A stretch of DNA of 64,000 bases from Candidatus Multivoradales bacterium (GTDB taxonomy: Bacteria; Acidobacteriota; Thermoanaerobaculia; Multivoradales; Multivoraceae), in assembly GCA_965223325.1 (NCBI GenBank), contig CBDCWI010000002.1, positions 2,784,001 to 2,848,000 of the forward strand, in the 5' to 3' direction. This document shows positions 8,446-19,641 of this stretch, in pieces. Under the pieces are notes generated by a model. The model saw only the letters and a list, made by a program, of their open reading frames with translations, ran no database searches and had not been told where the DNA came from. The position numbers and the translations under genes are program-made. Each line of letters starts with the position of its first letter. The first letter of the stretch is position 1.

Positions 8446-9948
8446 ATGATGAACTGGTTTCGCTTTAGTTTCCTGACGACTCTGGTACCCCTCGCGGCTC
8501 TTGCCGTGGCAGGATGCAAGAACACGGCGACTGCCACGGACAACCCGGCGTCCGCCAAAGACACGCCAATCGCGATCACCGACATCGTCACAACCGCGGT
8601 GGGCGAGGTACGTGGCACGGCCTCCGAGACCGATGGCATGGTTGTGCGGTTGTGGAAGGGGATTCCGTACGCAGCACCGCCGGTCGCGGACCTGCGCTTC
8701 AGAGCACCGCAGCCCGCGGTCGCCTGGTCGGGCGTGCGCGACGCAACCCGGTGGTCGAGCCGTTGCCCCCAGGGCCCGAGCAGCCTGGGCACCGGTGAGA
8801 TCAGCGAGGACTGCTTGACTCTCAACGTGAGTTCACCGGCTACCTCAACCTCGGACAGGTTGCCGGTGATGGTGTTCTTCCACGGTGGCGGCCTGACGAT
8901 CGGAACCGCAAACTCGGATACGTACAACAACGATGGCCTACCCCGGACCGGTGTCGTCCTCGTCAGTGTCAACAGTCGCCTGGGCCCGATTGGCTACATG
9001 GCGCACCCAGCACTGACAGCGGAGTCGGAGCACGGTGCGTCAGGCAACTACGGAACGCTCGATCTGCTGGCCTCATTGCGCTGGGTACAGGCGAATATCG
9101 AAGCCTTCGGGGGTGACCCGAACAATGTCCTCATCTTCGGTGAATCCGGAGGCGGCACCAAGACCCTCTCGGTCATGTCGTCGCCGCTTTCCCAGGGCCT
9201 CTTCCACAAAGCGATCATCCAGAGTGGCTCGGCTCTGGTTTCCCCCGAGCGGACCACGACGCTTCAGGTGGCCGAGGAAAGAGGCGAGAAGATCGCTGCC
9301 TGGCTTGGAATCGACGAAACAGAGGATGTCCTGGCGGCGTTGCGCGCCGCACCATGGGAGGACATCGTGGCGGCTGCTTCGGATCGAGACGTCGGCTATC
9401 GGTCGAATCTCACGGTCGACGGCTGGGTGCTTCCAGTATCCGTGAACGCCACCTTCACCGAGGGGAGGCAGCATGACGTTCCCTTGATCGTCGGTGCAAA
9501 CGCTGGCGAACGGTCGCTTCAGACCGACGTTCCAATGCTCGCCGAGCTACACAGCCAAACGGTCTCCTCGAACGCCTTTGTCTACAGCTTTTCGCACGTA
9601 CCGACGGGTTGGAAGAAGGATCGCTGCGTAGCCTTTCACGGAGTCGAGATTCCTTACGTCTTCGGAGCCATACCTGATGGACTGACTTCGCCGACCATCC
9701 TTCTCCTGGCAGAGCGCAGCGGCTGCGCCTCGGATGATCCCGGGATCGACGACCTCGATGCCGAGGTTGCCGAGAAGACGATGCGGATGTGGTCACAGTT
9801 CGCCCGCACTGGCGACCCGAGCGTCGAGGGACTTGTCGATTGGCCACCCTACAGCGAAGCGGACGCACGCTACCTCGATATCGGCGTCGATCTCGAGGTC
9901 AAGACCGGGGTCGAGAATGCCTACGTCGATCCGCCGGCCGGCGGTTGA
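8446..9948 (+). CDS. type-B carboxylesterase family lipoprotein
   Basis: KGIPYAAPP, SEDCLTLNV, HGGG, FGGDP..FGESGG nucleophile elbow, HGVE; AVAGC lipobox. Confidence 0.93.
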   Translation: MMNWFRFSFLTTLVPLAALAVAGCKNTATATDNPASAKDTPIAITDIVTTAVGEVRGTASETDGMVVRLWKGIPYAAPPVADLRFRAPQPAVAWSGVRDATRWSSRCPQGPSSLGTGEISEDCLTLNVSSPATSTSDRLPVMVFFHGGGLTIGTANSDTYNNDGLPRTGVVLVSVNSRLGPIGYMAHPALTAESEHGASGNYGTLDLLASLRWVQANIEAFGGDPNNVLIFGESGGGTKTLSVMSSPLSQGLFHKAIIQSGSALVSPERTTTLQVAEERGEKIAAWLGIDETEDVLAALRAAPWEDIVAAASDRDVGYRSNLTVDGWVLPVSVNATFTEGRQHDVPLIVGANAGERSLQTDVPMLAELHSQTVSSNAFVYSFSHVPTGWKKDRCVAFHGVEIPYVFGAIPDGLTSPTILLLAERSGCASDDPGIDDLDAEVAEKTMRMWSQFARTGDPSVEGLVDWPPYSEADARYLDIGVDLEVKTGVENAYVDPPAGG

Positions 9949-10007
9949 GGGCAAGAAGGCCTGGATGCAGACGGCACCGGTTTCGAGAACGGTGCCCCAA
10001 CTGCGGA

Positions 10008-10676
10008 TCAGCATGGCTGGCGATCGCTCGAGCGCGGGCGATCGACGGCCGCCTCACGCACACGCTCGATCTCGCCCGCCGTGGCCATGGTGACTCCGAG
10101 GTCGCGCAACCGACCGTCGGCAAGCTGGTAGATCCAGCCGTGAAGGGTCAGTGACTGACCGCGCGCCCAGGCATCTTTAACGACGGCGGTGTGCGCGGTG
10201 TTCGTGACCTGCTCGATGACGTTGAGCTCACACAGGCGACTCATCTTTCGATCACCTTCGAGCGACTCGAGCAGCGTCGCGTTCCTTCTCTGCACTTCGA
10301 GGAGGTGCTGCAGCCAGTTGCCAATGGCGCCAGCCGGTAGCTCGCCGAGTGAGGTCTGGACACCGCCGCAGCCATAGTGGCCGCAAACGATCACGTGCGG
10401 CACCCGGAGCACATCGACGGCGTACTGCAGGACTGACATGCCGTTTGGGTCCTCTGGAGCAACGACGTTGGCGACGTTGCGGTGAACAAAAAGCTCACCT
10501 GGCGGCAGGTCGACGATTCCACTCGCCGGCACGCGACTGTCGGAACAACCGATCCATAAGAACCTCGGCGACTGTCCCGTGGCAAGCTTGTCGAGGAGAC
10601 CAGGGTGCGACAATTCGATCTGCTTGGCCCACGCTCGGTTGCGCTCGAGCAGAGCTTCTGGGGTGGTGGACTTCAT
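10008..10676 (-). CDS. can: beta-class carbonic anhydrase
   Basis: WIGCSDSRVP and GHYGCGG zinc ligands; start MKSTTP overlaps MFS stop. Confidence 0.93.
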   Translation of the reverse strand: MKSTTPEALLERNRAWAKQIELSHPGLLDKLATGQSPRFLWIGCSDSRVPASGIVDLPPGELFVHRNVANVVAPEDPNGMSVLQYAVDVLRVPHVIVCGHYGCGGVQTSLGELPAGAIGNWLQHLLEVQRRNATLLESLEGDRKMSRLCELNVIEQVTNTAHTAVVKDAWARGQSLTLHGWIYQLADGRLRDLGVTMATAGEIERVREAAVDRPRSSDRQPC

Positions 10677-12034
10677 GATGACGCCCTCCGGCCCGCATCC
10701 CAGGCGAGCAGAGCCTGGCGGTCGCTTTCGTAGCGGCGCCCCGCAAGGTAGAAGAACGGAATTGCCAGCAGGCTGAGAATAGTGAAAGCGACCAGGGTCT
10801 TGGTGTAGGGGTCGGCGATGCCACGATCGCGCAGCGCGTCGACCAGAATGCCGCCCAGGGTGATGCCAACGCCGAGCCCGATGAGGTTGAGCGTCAACAT
10901 ATAGAACGCCACGACCGTGGCGCGAACGCGCGCCGGCACGAGCTCCTGCACGGTGGCGAAAGTCGGGCCATAGAAGGTCCCGAGCTGAAAGTAGCCGAGG
11001 AAGATGCCGATCCAGATGAATACGCTGTCGCCGGGGACCAGCCGGTAGGCGAGCCCAAAGGGCGCCATGGCAAGGCCTAGCCAGACCAGAAACATCGGCC
11101 GACCCTGGCCGGTCCGTTTGAGCCACCAGTCACCGGCGACTCCACCGACGAGGTTGCCAATCACGCCGCCGACCATGCCGACGATGCCGCTCCAGAGGGC
11201 GATGTGGGCGCGCTCGAAACCCCGCTCCTGCACCAGCCACAGCTGGTCGAAGGCGGCTGCACCGAGGATGAAGTGGTACGCGACGCCCCCGGCGATGGTG
11301 AATGAGAGGGCCGGGCAGCGGGTCAGCGCTCCCCAGATGGTCGATAGCAGGTCTCCCAGGCCTTCGCTCTCATGTTCGGCACGCGGACGGTTCGGTTCAG
11401 CCGCCCGCGCCTCGCGCCAACCTTTCGGAAAGCGCGGGTCGGGCACGAACGCCATGAAGACGGCGAAGACGATTCCGATCGCCCCGAGCAGATAGAAGCA
11501 GTTCCGCCAGCCGATCGCTGGCCCCAGCGCACCGGCAACGATCAAACTCGCGCCAACTCCGATTGGCACACCCATGTAGTAGACGCCACTGGCGAAACCG
11601 CGGCGCTCGGCCGGGAAGCGATCCGAGAGCAGCGAGAGTGCTGTCGGGGTGAGGGCCGACTCGCCGATGCCAATGAAGGCACGCGGAATGGCCAGCGTGA
11701 TGAACCCGGTCGCCGCCCCCGACAGGGCGGTCAGGCCACTCCACAGGGAAAGACCACCCGCAATCAGCCGTGGGCGATGCACCATGTCGGCGAGCGCGCC
11801 CATGAACAAGCCCATGACAGCGTAGAAGAGGATGAAGGCAAAGCCGGTCAGCAGTCCGTATTGCGTGTCGGTCAACCCGAGGTCCGGAACGATGAAGTTC
11901 GCAAAGCTCGCCAGCAGCTGGCGATCGACGAAGTTGAGGACATTGAGGATCGTCAGAAAGGCCAGCAAACGATAAGCCGCACCACTCGGGCGGTCGACAT
12001 CTTGCAAACTCAGCTCCTTCGGAAGTTGAGGCAC
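10673..12034 (-). CDS. MFS transporter (spinster-like)
   Basis: NFVDRQLL, GALAD..HRPR motif A, IGIGES, about 12 TM helices. Confidence 0.9.
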   Translation of the reverse strand: MPQLPKELSLQDVDRPSGAAYRLLAFLTILNVLNFVDRQLLASFANFIVPDLGLTDTQYGLLTGFAFILFYAVMGLFMGALADMVHRPRLIAGGLSLWSGLTALSGAATGFITLAIPRAFIGIGESALTPTALSLLSDRFPAERRGFASGVYYMGVPIGVGASLIVAGALGPAIGWRNCFYLLGAIGIVFAVFMAFVPDPRFPKGWREARAAEPNRPRAEHESEGLGDLLSTIWGALTRCPALSFTIAGGVAYHFILGAAAFDQLWLVQERGFERAHIALWSGIVGMVGGVIGNLVGGVAGDWWLKRTGQGRPMFLVWLGLAMAPFGLAYRLVPGDSVFIWIGIFLGYFQLGTFYGPTFATVQELVPARVRATVVAFYMLTLNLIGLGVGITLGGILVDALRDRGIADPYTKTLVAFTILSLLAIPFFYLAGRRYESDRQALLAWDAGRRASS

Positions 12035-12070
12035 AACCTACCCCACATCCCCCACCATCGAACGCCGGTG

Positions 12071-12988
12071 TTAGCGGTTGGCGGCGTAGAGCTCGTCGCG
12101 GGTCCCCGACGACAGCATCTTGCTGGGGAGCGGCCGCTCGAGAAAGTCCTCTAGGCGACGCGCCACCGCGCGCACCTTCTCGGTCGAGACGCCGGTCTCG
12201 AAGCCCATCTCGAGGCACATGTTGTTGAAGTCCTCGGTGGCGATGTTGCCGGAGGCTCCCCGCATAATAGGGCACCCGCCGAGTCCGCCGACCGAGGTGT
12301 CGAAAACCTCGACCCCTTCAGACAACGCCGCGTAGGCGTTCGCCAGACCGAGACCCCGGGTGTCGTGCAGGTGCATGCGAAGCGTCACCGAGGGTGTGGC
12401 CTCCTGAACTCGCCCGACCAGGCGGGCAATGAGGGGCGGGTGCCCGAGGCCGGCCGAGTCGGCGAGGCCGAGCTGCTCGATCCCGCAGTCGGCGAGTCGC
12501 CGCGCCAGCTCGACGATCACCTCGTCTTCGACCTGGCCTTCGAAGGGGCAGCCGAAAGTCGCCGCCAAGGTTGCAGCCACAGCGACCGGTGTCGAACTCT
12601 CCTGGGCCAAGGCTACGACTTCGGCCAGCTGCGCAACCGATTCGTCGACTGAGAGACCGACGTTCTTCTGGTTGTAGGTCTCCGTGCAGCAGATCACCTG
12701 ATGGATCCCCGAGACCTCGGCGGCCATCGCCCGCCGCGCTCCCTCGAGGTTCGGCACCAGGGCCCAGTAGGACACCGCGCGATCGCGCGAAAGCTTCTCC
12801 ATGACCGTGGCGGCATCGCGCATCTGCGGAATGACCCTGGGATGAACGAAGGAAACAGCTTCGATCTCTCGCAGCCCCGCTTCGGCCAGGGCTTCGATCA
12901 CCGACACCTTGAGCTCGGTGGGAATGAATCGTTCCTCCATCTGGAAGCCGTCGCGCGGACCGACGTCGATGAGCCGTACGGACTTCAT
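12071..12988 (-). CDS. hydroxymethylglutaryl-CoA lyase family protein
   Basis: DVGPRDGFQ, HLHDTRG, GGLGGCP..GASGNIATED. Confidence 0.92.
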   Translation of the reverse strand: MKSVRLIDVGPRDGFQMEERFIPTELKVSVIEALAEAGLREIEAVSFVHPRVIPQMRDAATVMEKLSRDRAVSYWALVPNLEGARRAMAAEVSGIHQVICCTETYNQKNVGLSVDESVAQLAEVVALAQESSTPVAVAATLAATFGCPFEGQVEDEVIVELARRLADCGIEQLGLADSAGLGHPPLIARLVGRVQEATPSVTLRMHLHDTRGLGLANAYAALSEGVEVFDTSVGGLGGCPIMRGASGNIATEDFNNMCLEMGFETGVSTEKVRAVARRLEDFLERPLPSKMLSSGTRDELYAANR

Positions 12989-13016
12989 GGAAGCGGTGCC
13001 TTCACGGGAGAATCAC

Positions 13017-14213
13017 TCAAATGACGCCCTCGTCAGCAAGCGCACGGATCTCTTCGTCGCTCAGACCGAGGCTCGCGAACACCTCCTGGTTATGTGTCGC
13101 CACCGGCTGGCCCGGCCACTCGGTGCGCCCCGGAGTGCGCCCCAGTTTCGGCAGAATGGCGGGAATCTTGAGCGACTCGCCGTCTCGTATCTCGACTTCC
13201 TCGAACAACCCGCGCGCCTGGTACTGCGGGTCGACCATCATCTCGCGCACGCTGTAGATCGGACCCGACGGCACCTGGGCCTCGCGCAACACCTCCAGGA
13301 CTTCGTCCATGGTGAGCGTCGCGGTCCAGGCGGCAAGCGCATCGTCGATCTCTTGCTCATGCACCACCCGGTTCTCGTTGCCCTGGAACTTCGGATCCTC
13401 GGCCATCTCGGGGCGACCGGCGGCGCGCATCAGGCGCTGATAGATCGACTCACCGTTGCCCCCGATGATCACGTACTTGCCATCGCTGCAGCGGTAGGTG
13501 TTGGTGGGCACGATGCCGGTGATCGTCGACCCCGAAGGCTCGCGCACAACTCCGGCCCCGTCGTACTCCGGAACCACCGCTTCCATCATGTTGTAAACCG
13601 ATTCGAACAGCGCCGTGTCGATGTCCTGGCCGCGGCCGCTCTTCTGGCGCTCGAGGAGGGCAAGCAGGATTCCGAACGCCGCGTGCAGGCCGCTCAGCGA
13701 GTCGCCGAGGCTGAGGTTGGGGCGCATCGGGCGCTCGCCCGGCAGTCCATTGACGTAACGCAGGCCGCCAAAGCCCTCGCAAACCGAGGCATAGCCCGGC
13801 CGCGAGGCATAGGGGCCCGTCTGGCCATAGCCCGAGATGCGCGAGACGATCAGACCAGGGTTGTCCTCTCGCAACGAATCGGGAGAGAGCCCCCACTTTT
13901 CGAGAGTGCCGGGGCGAAAGTTCTCGAGCAGCACGTCGGCCGTGCCGATCAGCTTGCGCACCAGTTCGCGGCCGCGCTCTTCCTTGAGGTTGGCGGTCAC
14001 ACACTTCTTGTTTCGACCCAGGCTGTACCACCAGAAGGAAACGCCATCGCGGGTTTCTCGCCAGGTGCGGATGGGGTCGCCGTTCTTGGCTTCGACTTTG
14101 ATGACCTCGGCACCGAAGTACGCCAGGAGCGTGCCGGAGAAAGGCCCAGCCAACAGCTGGCCCATCTCGATGACCCGAGTGCCATCGAGCGGCCTGGTGT
14201 CCTCTACCCTCAT
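13017..14213 (-). CDS. CaiB/BaiF class III CoA-transferase
   Basis: LAGPF..FGAEVIKVE, RNKK, ENFRPG, ISGYGQTGP. Confidence 0.95.
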   Translation of the reverse strand: MRVEDTRPLDGTRVIEMGQLLAGPFSGTLLAYFGAEVIKVEAKNGDPIRTWRETRDGVSFWWYSLGRNKKCVTANLKEERGRELVRKLIGTADVLLENFRPGTLEKWGLSPDSLREDNPGLIVSRISGYGQTGPYASRPGYASVCEGFGGLRYVNGLPGERPMRPNLSLGDSLSGLHAAFGILLALLERQKSGRGQDIDTALFESVYNMMEAVVPEYDGAGVVREPSGSTITGIVPTNTYRCSDGKYVIIGGNGESIYQRLMRAAGRPEMAEDPKFQGNENRVVHEQEIDDALAAWTATLTMDEVLEVLREAQVPSGPIYSVREMMVDPQYQARGLFEEVEIRDGESLKIPAILPKLGRTPGRTEWPGQPVATHNQEVFASLGLSDEEIRALADEGVI

Positions 14214-14313
14214 TGCTGAAACCCCTTCCTTCCGCCAGGCGTTGGCCCCATTGCGGCAATCGCATGTTACGGGATGGAAGAAGACCGACGAGGACCGGAG
14301 CCCCGCCGCTCAA

Positions 14314-15519
14314 TCAGTCGAAGCAGCTTCCTTCTTCGGCGTAGAGCGGACCGTCATAGTGACCACGCGGTCGCATCAAGCGGCCTCGCTCGAGCTGCTC
14401 GATGGCGTGCGCAGTCCAGCCGGCTGAACGAGCGATGGCGAAGGTGGCGGTGAAGAGCTCCTTGGGCAGGCCAATCGCGTGCAGAAGAACGGCGGTTCCG
14501 AACTCGACGTTGGCGGCCAGGCGGAGGTGCGGCTTGCGCTCCCGAAGGATCCGCACCGCACACTCCTCGACCGAACGCGCCGTTTGCACGACTCGGGCCG
14601 CATGACTGGCGCCGTCGGACTGCGACATGAGGAGCGCCGTAGCCGCCGCCAGCACCTCGGCGCGCGGGTCGCGTACCCGGTAGACCCGATGACCGAACCC
14701 CATCAGGCGCTCGCCGGCGTCGAGGCGATGTTCAATCCAGGTTTGTGGGTCGCCGCTGTCTGCGATCTCCCGAATCATGTCGAGAACCGGGCCCGGTGCA
14801 CCACCATGCAGCGGTCCCTTGAGCGCACCGATCGCGCCGACCAGCGCCGACACCAGATCCGAATGGGTCGAAATCACCACGCGCGCGGCGAAAGTCGATG
14901 CATTCATGCCGTGGTCGACGACCGTGTTCAGGTAGGTCTCGAGTGCCCGCACTCGTTCGGAGGCCGGCTCCTCGCCGGTCAACATGTAGAGGTAGTTCGC
15001 CGCGTGTCCGAGGTCGGAACGCGGTGCGACGATCTCCTCGCCACGGGCGGCGCGCCCGCCAGCTGCGACGAGGGTTGGGAAGACAGCCAGGAGCGGCAGG
15101 GCGGCAGCGCGCGCCACCTCTGCCGGTGACGCACCTTCTTGTTCCTGGCTCAGGCCGAGATCTCGGGACACGCTCAGGCTGGCGACACCCATTCGCAAGA
15201 GCTCCATCGTTCCAACACCGCGGGCCGCCGCGCTCTCGATCAACGCCAGGGTGGGGGCAGGCACCGCGCGCCAGCTGGCCATCGTCCGGGTCCAGGCAGC
15301 GAGTTCGGCATCGGTCGCGTGTCGACCTTCGAGAAACAGAAAGACCACCTGTTCGAAGGAGTACTCCGGGGCCAGGGTGCCGACCGGGTAGCCGGCGAGA
15401 ATCAGTTCACCGAGCTCGCCGTTGACGCGGCTCAAGCGGGTTTCAGCTGCCACCACCCCTTCGAGACCAGGTTTGTAGTCGGAACCGGGGGTGGCTGCAT
15501 CTGCGGTGGTCGGCGGCAT
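14314..15519 (-). CDS. citrate synthase/methylcitrate synthase family protein
   Basis: PGLEGVVAAET, DHGMNASTF, GPLHGGA, GFGHRVY, ANVEF (Glu in place of catalytic Asp); GAGGAG SD before ATG 15519. Confidence 0.92.
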   Translation of the reverse strand: MPPTTADAATPGSDYKPGLEGVVAAETRLSRVNGELGELILAGYPVGTLAPEYSFEQVVFLFLEGRHATDAELAAWTRTMASWRAVPAPTLALIESAAARGVGTMELLRMGVASLSVSRDLGLSQEQEGASPAEVARAAALPLLAVFPTLVAAGGRAARGEEIVAPRSDLGHAANYLYMLTGEEPASERVRALETYLNTVVDHGMNASTFAARVVISTHSDLVSALVGAIGALKGPLHGGAPGPVLDMIREIADSGDPQTWIEHRLDAGERLMGFGHRVYRVRDPRAEVLAAATALLMSQSDGASHAARVVQTARSVEECAVRILRERKPHLRLAANVEFGTAVLLHAIGLPKELFTATFAIARSAGWTAHAIEQLERGRLMRPRGHYDGPLYAEEGSCFD

Positions 15520-15577
15520 GGTGGGCTCCTCTTGGTTCTCGATTGCTCTCACTATTGTCGGGAGCCAGAAGGCCGAA

Positions 15578-15601
15578 ATCAATCTTGATCAATCAATCAA
15601 T
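15578..15601. promoter_or_regulatory. ATCAAT repeat array / TTGATCAA palindrome between divergent citrate-synthase genes (putative operator)
   Basis: ATCAATCTTGATCAATCAATCAAT: ATCAAT at 15578, 15588, 15592, 15596; AT-rich island in GC-rich DNA. Confidence 0.6.
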
Positions 15602-15644
15602 GTATCCTTGGAGTCGCGTCGATCGCCCGAAGAGAGGAGCGACC

Positions 15645-17027
15645 ATGGCTACCCGAAAGACTCCCAGCAAAAGCAACACACCGGACGCTGCCCGGGGAAG
15701 TGCTCGCGCAAATGCCCATGGAGCCACGCGAAGGTCGTCGTCCTCGCGGCTCCTGACCTCCCGCGAGGCCGCCAGCCGGCTGGGGATTCAGCCCGCCACC
15801 CTCTACGCCTACGTCAGCCGTGGTCTCCTGCGCTCGCGACCTGGCGACTCACCCCGCAGCAGGCTCTATGCGCGCGAAGACATCGAAGCGCTCGAGCGTC
15901 AGCGCTCGATGTCACGCACGCCGGCCGAGGCGGCACAGGCAGCACTCGACTGGGGGGCACCGGTCCTCGACTCATCGATCGCCCTGATCGATGACGGCAA
16001 GCTCTACTACCGCGGCGAACCTGTCGAACGCCTGGCGGTAGAGCGCAACTTCGAGGAGGTCACCGCCCTGCTCTGGGGGTTGCCGTTCGACGCCGCTGCC
16101 AGTCTCTTCCCGAGGCGGGTTCCCGCGCTCGCACCCGCGATGCGAAAGGTCCTCGCGCCGCTTGCCGCGGGTCATCCCAGCGACGCCATGTGCGTGCTCC
16201 TGCGCCACCTCCTGCACGAAGACATTGGCGCAGCCAGCCGCTCCGCCGATGCCAACCGTCGCAGCGCCGCGTTCTTGATCGTACGGCTGATCAGTCACGC
16301 GGCAGGCCTCGAGAAGTCGAGCGACGGGGGCCTGGCTGGAGCGCTTGCACGAGGCTGGGGAAACGTTGAACCAAGAGCGCATCGCCGGACGGCCGGCGCA
16401 ACCGACGACCAGCACCAGGCTCTCACGGAGCTTCTCAATTCGATTCTGATCGTGTGCGCCGATCATGAGTTCAACGTTTCGACCTTCACCGCACGCTGCG
16501 TCGCCTCAGCCGGCGCCACGCCCTACGACATCGTCAACGCCGGCCTGTGCGCCTTGCGCGGTCGCCGCCACGGCGGACACGCCGATCGCGTCGAGGCCAT
16601 GCTCTCCGAGGTCGGCATCGGAAGCGCAGAACAGCCCGTCGATCGCGATCGACTCGAACGCCTGTTGACCGCTCGACTGCAACGGGGCGAACGCCTTCCC
16701 GGCTTTGCACACCCGCTCTATCCTCAAGGAGACCCGCGCTTCTCGCTGGTGATGGACCGTCTAGCGCGGGCACGTCCCAACGCTCCGGGCGTCGAGGCAC
16801 TCTTTCATCTCGCCGAGCTGGCCGAAGACCTGGTGGGCGAAAAACCAACCGTCGACCTCGGCCTGGCCGCCGTGTCGACGACGATAGGGCGCGCCCCCGG
16901 AGGGGCATTCACCCTGTTTGCCCTCGGTCGAATCGCCGGCTGGATCGCGCACGCCCTCGAAGAAGCCGAGCGTGGCCGCTTGATCAGGCCCCGCGCTCGC
17001 TACATCGGCAAGCTGCCCACCGGTTGA
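15645..17027 (+). CDS. helix-turn-helix (excisionase/MerR-like) - citrate synthase fusion protein
   Basis: LTSREAASRLGIQPATLYAYVSRGLL HTH followed by ADHEFN, HGG, GFAHPLY, PTVD citrate synthase-like motifs. Confidence 0.9.
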   Translation: MATRKTPSKSNTPDAARGSARANAHGATRRSSSSRLLTSREAASRLGIQPATLYAYVSRGLLRSRPGDSPRSRLYAREDIEALERQRSMSRTPAEAAQAALDWGAPVLDSSIALIDDGKLYYRGEPVERLAVERNFEEVTALLWGLPFDAAASLFPRRVPALAPAMRKVLAPLAAGHPSDAMCVLLRHLLHEDIGAASRSADANRRSAAFLIVRLISHAAGLEKSSDGGLAGALARGWGNVEPRAHRRTAGATDDQHQALTELLNSILIVCADHEFNVSTFTARCVASAGATPYDIVNAGLCALRGRRHGGHADRVEAMLSEVGIGSAEQPVDRDRLERLLTARLQRGERLPGFAHPLYPQGDPRFSLVMDRLARARPNAPGVEALFHLAELAEDLVGEKPTVDLGLAAVSTTIGRAPGGAFTLFALGRIAGWIAHALEEAERGRLIRPRARYIGKLPTG

Positions 17028-17057
17028 CCCGAAGAACCCGCAGGCCCGCGGCCGCTG

Positions 17058-18152
17058 TCAACTGGCGTTGCGCCGACGCTTGCGCCTTCCTGAACCCTCG
17101 ACGCCGCGCAGGAACTCGAGCAGGCAACGGTCGAGCCACTCGATCTCCATCAGAAAGGCATCGTGCCCATGCGGCGCCTCGATGATCTCGAACTGCACCT
17201 GCGGCAGCGCCTCGGCCAGTTCCTCCTGATCGCCGAGGACGTAGAGCTGGTCGGAGCGCACTCCGACGACGAGAGCCGGGCTGTCGAGCTCGGCGGCGAC
17301 TTCTTGCCACGGTCGATCGCGACCGCGGCCGAGGTCGTGACTGTCCATCGCTTCGGTGAGGCGAATGTAGGTATTGGCATCAAAGCGCTGAACCAGCTTG
17401 CTGCCCTGGTAGCGCAGGTAGTTCTCGACTTCGAAGGCGGTCTCTAGAGCTTCGGTGGTGCGCACTTGTCGAGCAAACCTCTCGGTGAAGCTCTCCTGGC
17501 TGCGGTAGCTGATCAGTGCCATGGCCCGCGCCGCCGCCAGACCGTGGCGCGGCCCCGAACCGAGGCGGTAGAAGCCGCCACTCCAGTTGCGATCCGCCCG
17601 AATGGCCTGGCGCTGCGCCTCGCTTATACCGATGCACCAGGCCGAGTGAGCCCCCGAAGTGCAAACCGGCGCGATCGCCTGCACCCGCTCAGGAAACATT
17701 GCCGCCCACTCGAGCACCTGCATGCCTCCCATCGACCCACCGACTATCAGGCGCAAGCGCTCGACGCCGAGCGCCTCGAGCAGGCGCGCCTGGACGGTGA
17801 CCATGTCGCGAATCGTGACCTGCGGGAAGTCGGCGCCCCAGTGAACGCCGCTCCCCGGCCGCAGCGTGGTGGGACCCGTAGTGCCGTAGCAACCCGCAAG
17901 CACATTGCTCGCAATGACGTAGTTGTCGGCCGGGTCACACACCCCTCCGGGCCGGAAGAGCGTCTCCCACCAGTCGTCGGCATCGGCTGATCCGGTGAGC
18001 GCATGGCAGACAAGAATGGCTTCGCTCTCTGGAGTACCCCAGGTGCGATAGGCGACATCGATGCCGCGCAGCACTTCTCCACTCTCGAGACGAATTGGCG
18101 CCTCGAGCGTCTGGATCTGGGTCTCCGGGGAGACCAGGGAGCGATAGATCAT
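17058..18152 (-). CDS. metX: homoserine O-acetyltransferase MetX
   Basis: CHALTG, GGSMGG, RFDAN, HGHDAFL. Confidence 0.95.
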   Translation of the reverse strand: MIYRSLVSPETQIQTLEAPIRLESGEVLRGIDVAYRTWGTPESEAILVCHALTGSADADDWWETLFRPGGVCDPADNYVIASNVLAGCYGTTGPTTLRPGSGVHWGADFPQVTIRDMVTVQARLLEALGVERLRLIVGGSMGGMQVLEWAAMFPERVQAIAPVCTSGAHSAWCIGISEAQRQAIRADRNWSGGFYRLGSGPRHGLAAARAMALISYRSQESFTERFARQVRTTEALETAFEVENYLRYQGSKLVQRFDANTYIRLTEAMDSHDLGRGRDRPWQEVAAELDSPALVVGVRSDQLYVLGDQEELAEALPQVQFEIIEAPHGHDAFLMEIEWLDRCLLEFLRGVEGSGRRKRRRNAS

Positions 18153-18178
18153 CTGACCGGGGTTCTCGGCATCTGAGT

Positions 18179-19528
<1,350 letters not shown>

Positions 19529-19571
19529 TTACCTCTGCAACTTCGTCTCGAGTCTTCAAACGCGCAATACG

Positions 19572-19608
19572 CAACAAACCCGCCACGACGAAGTCGCCGA
19601 GGCGGGTT
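19572..19608 (-). terminator. attenuator terminator hairpin upstream of metY
   Basis: AACCCGCC (19577-19584) / GGCGGGTT (19601-19608) with inner CGAC/GTCG stem; on minus strand followed by an imperfect U tract (UUUGUUG). Confidence 0.65.
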
Positions 19609-19641
19609 AGGTTCAATCGTTTCCTGGACTCTTCGAAAACG

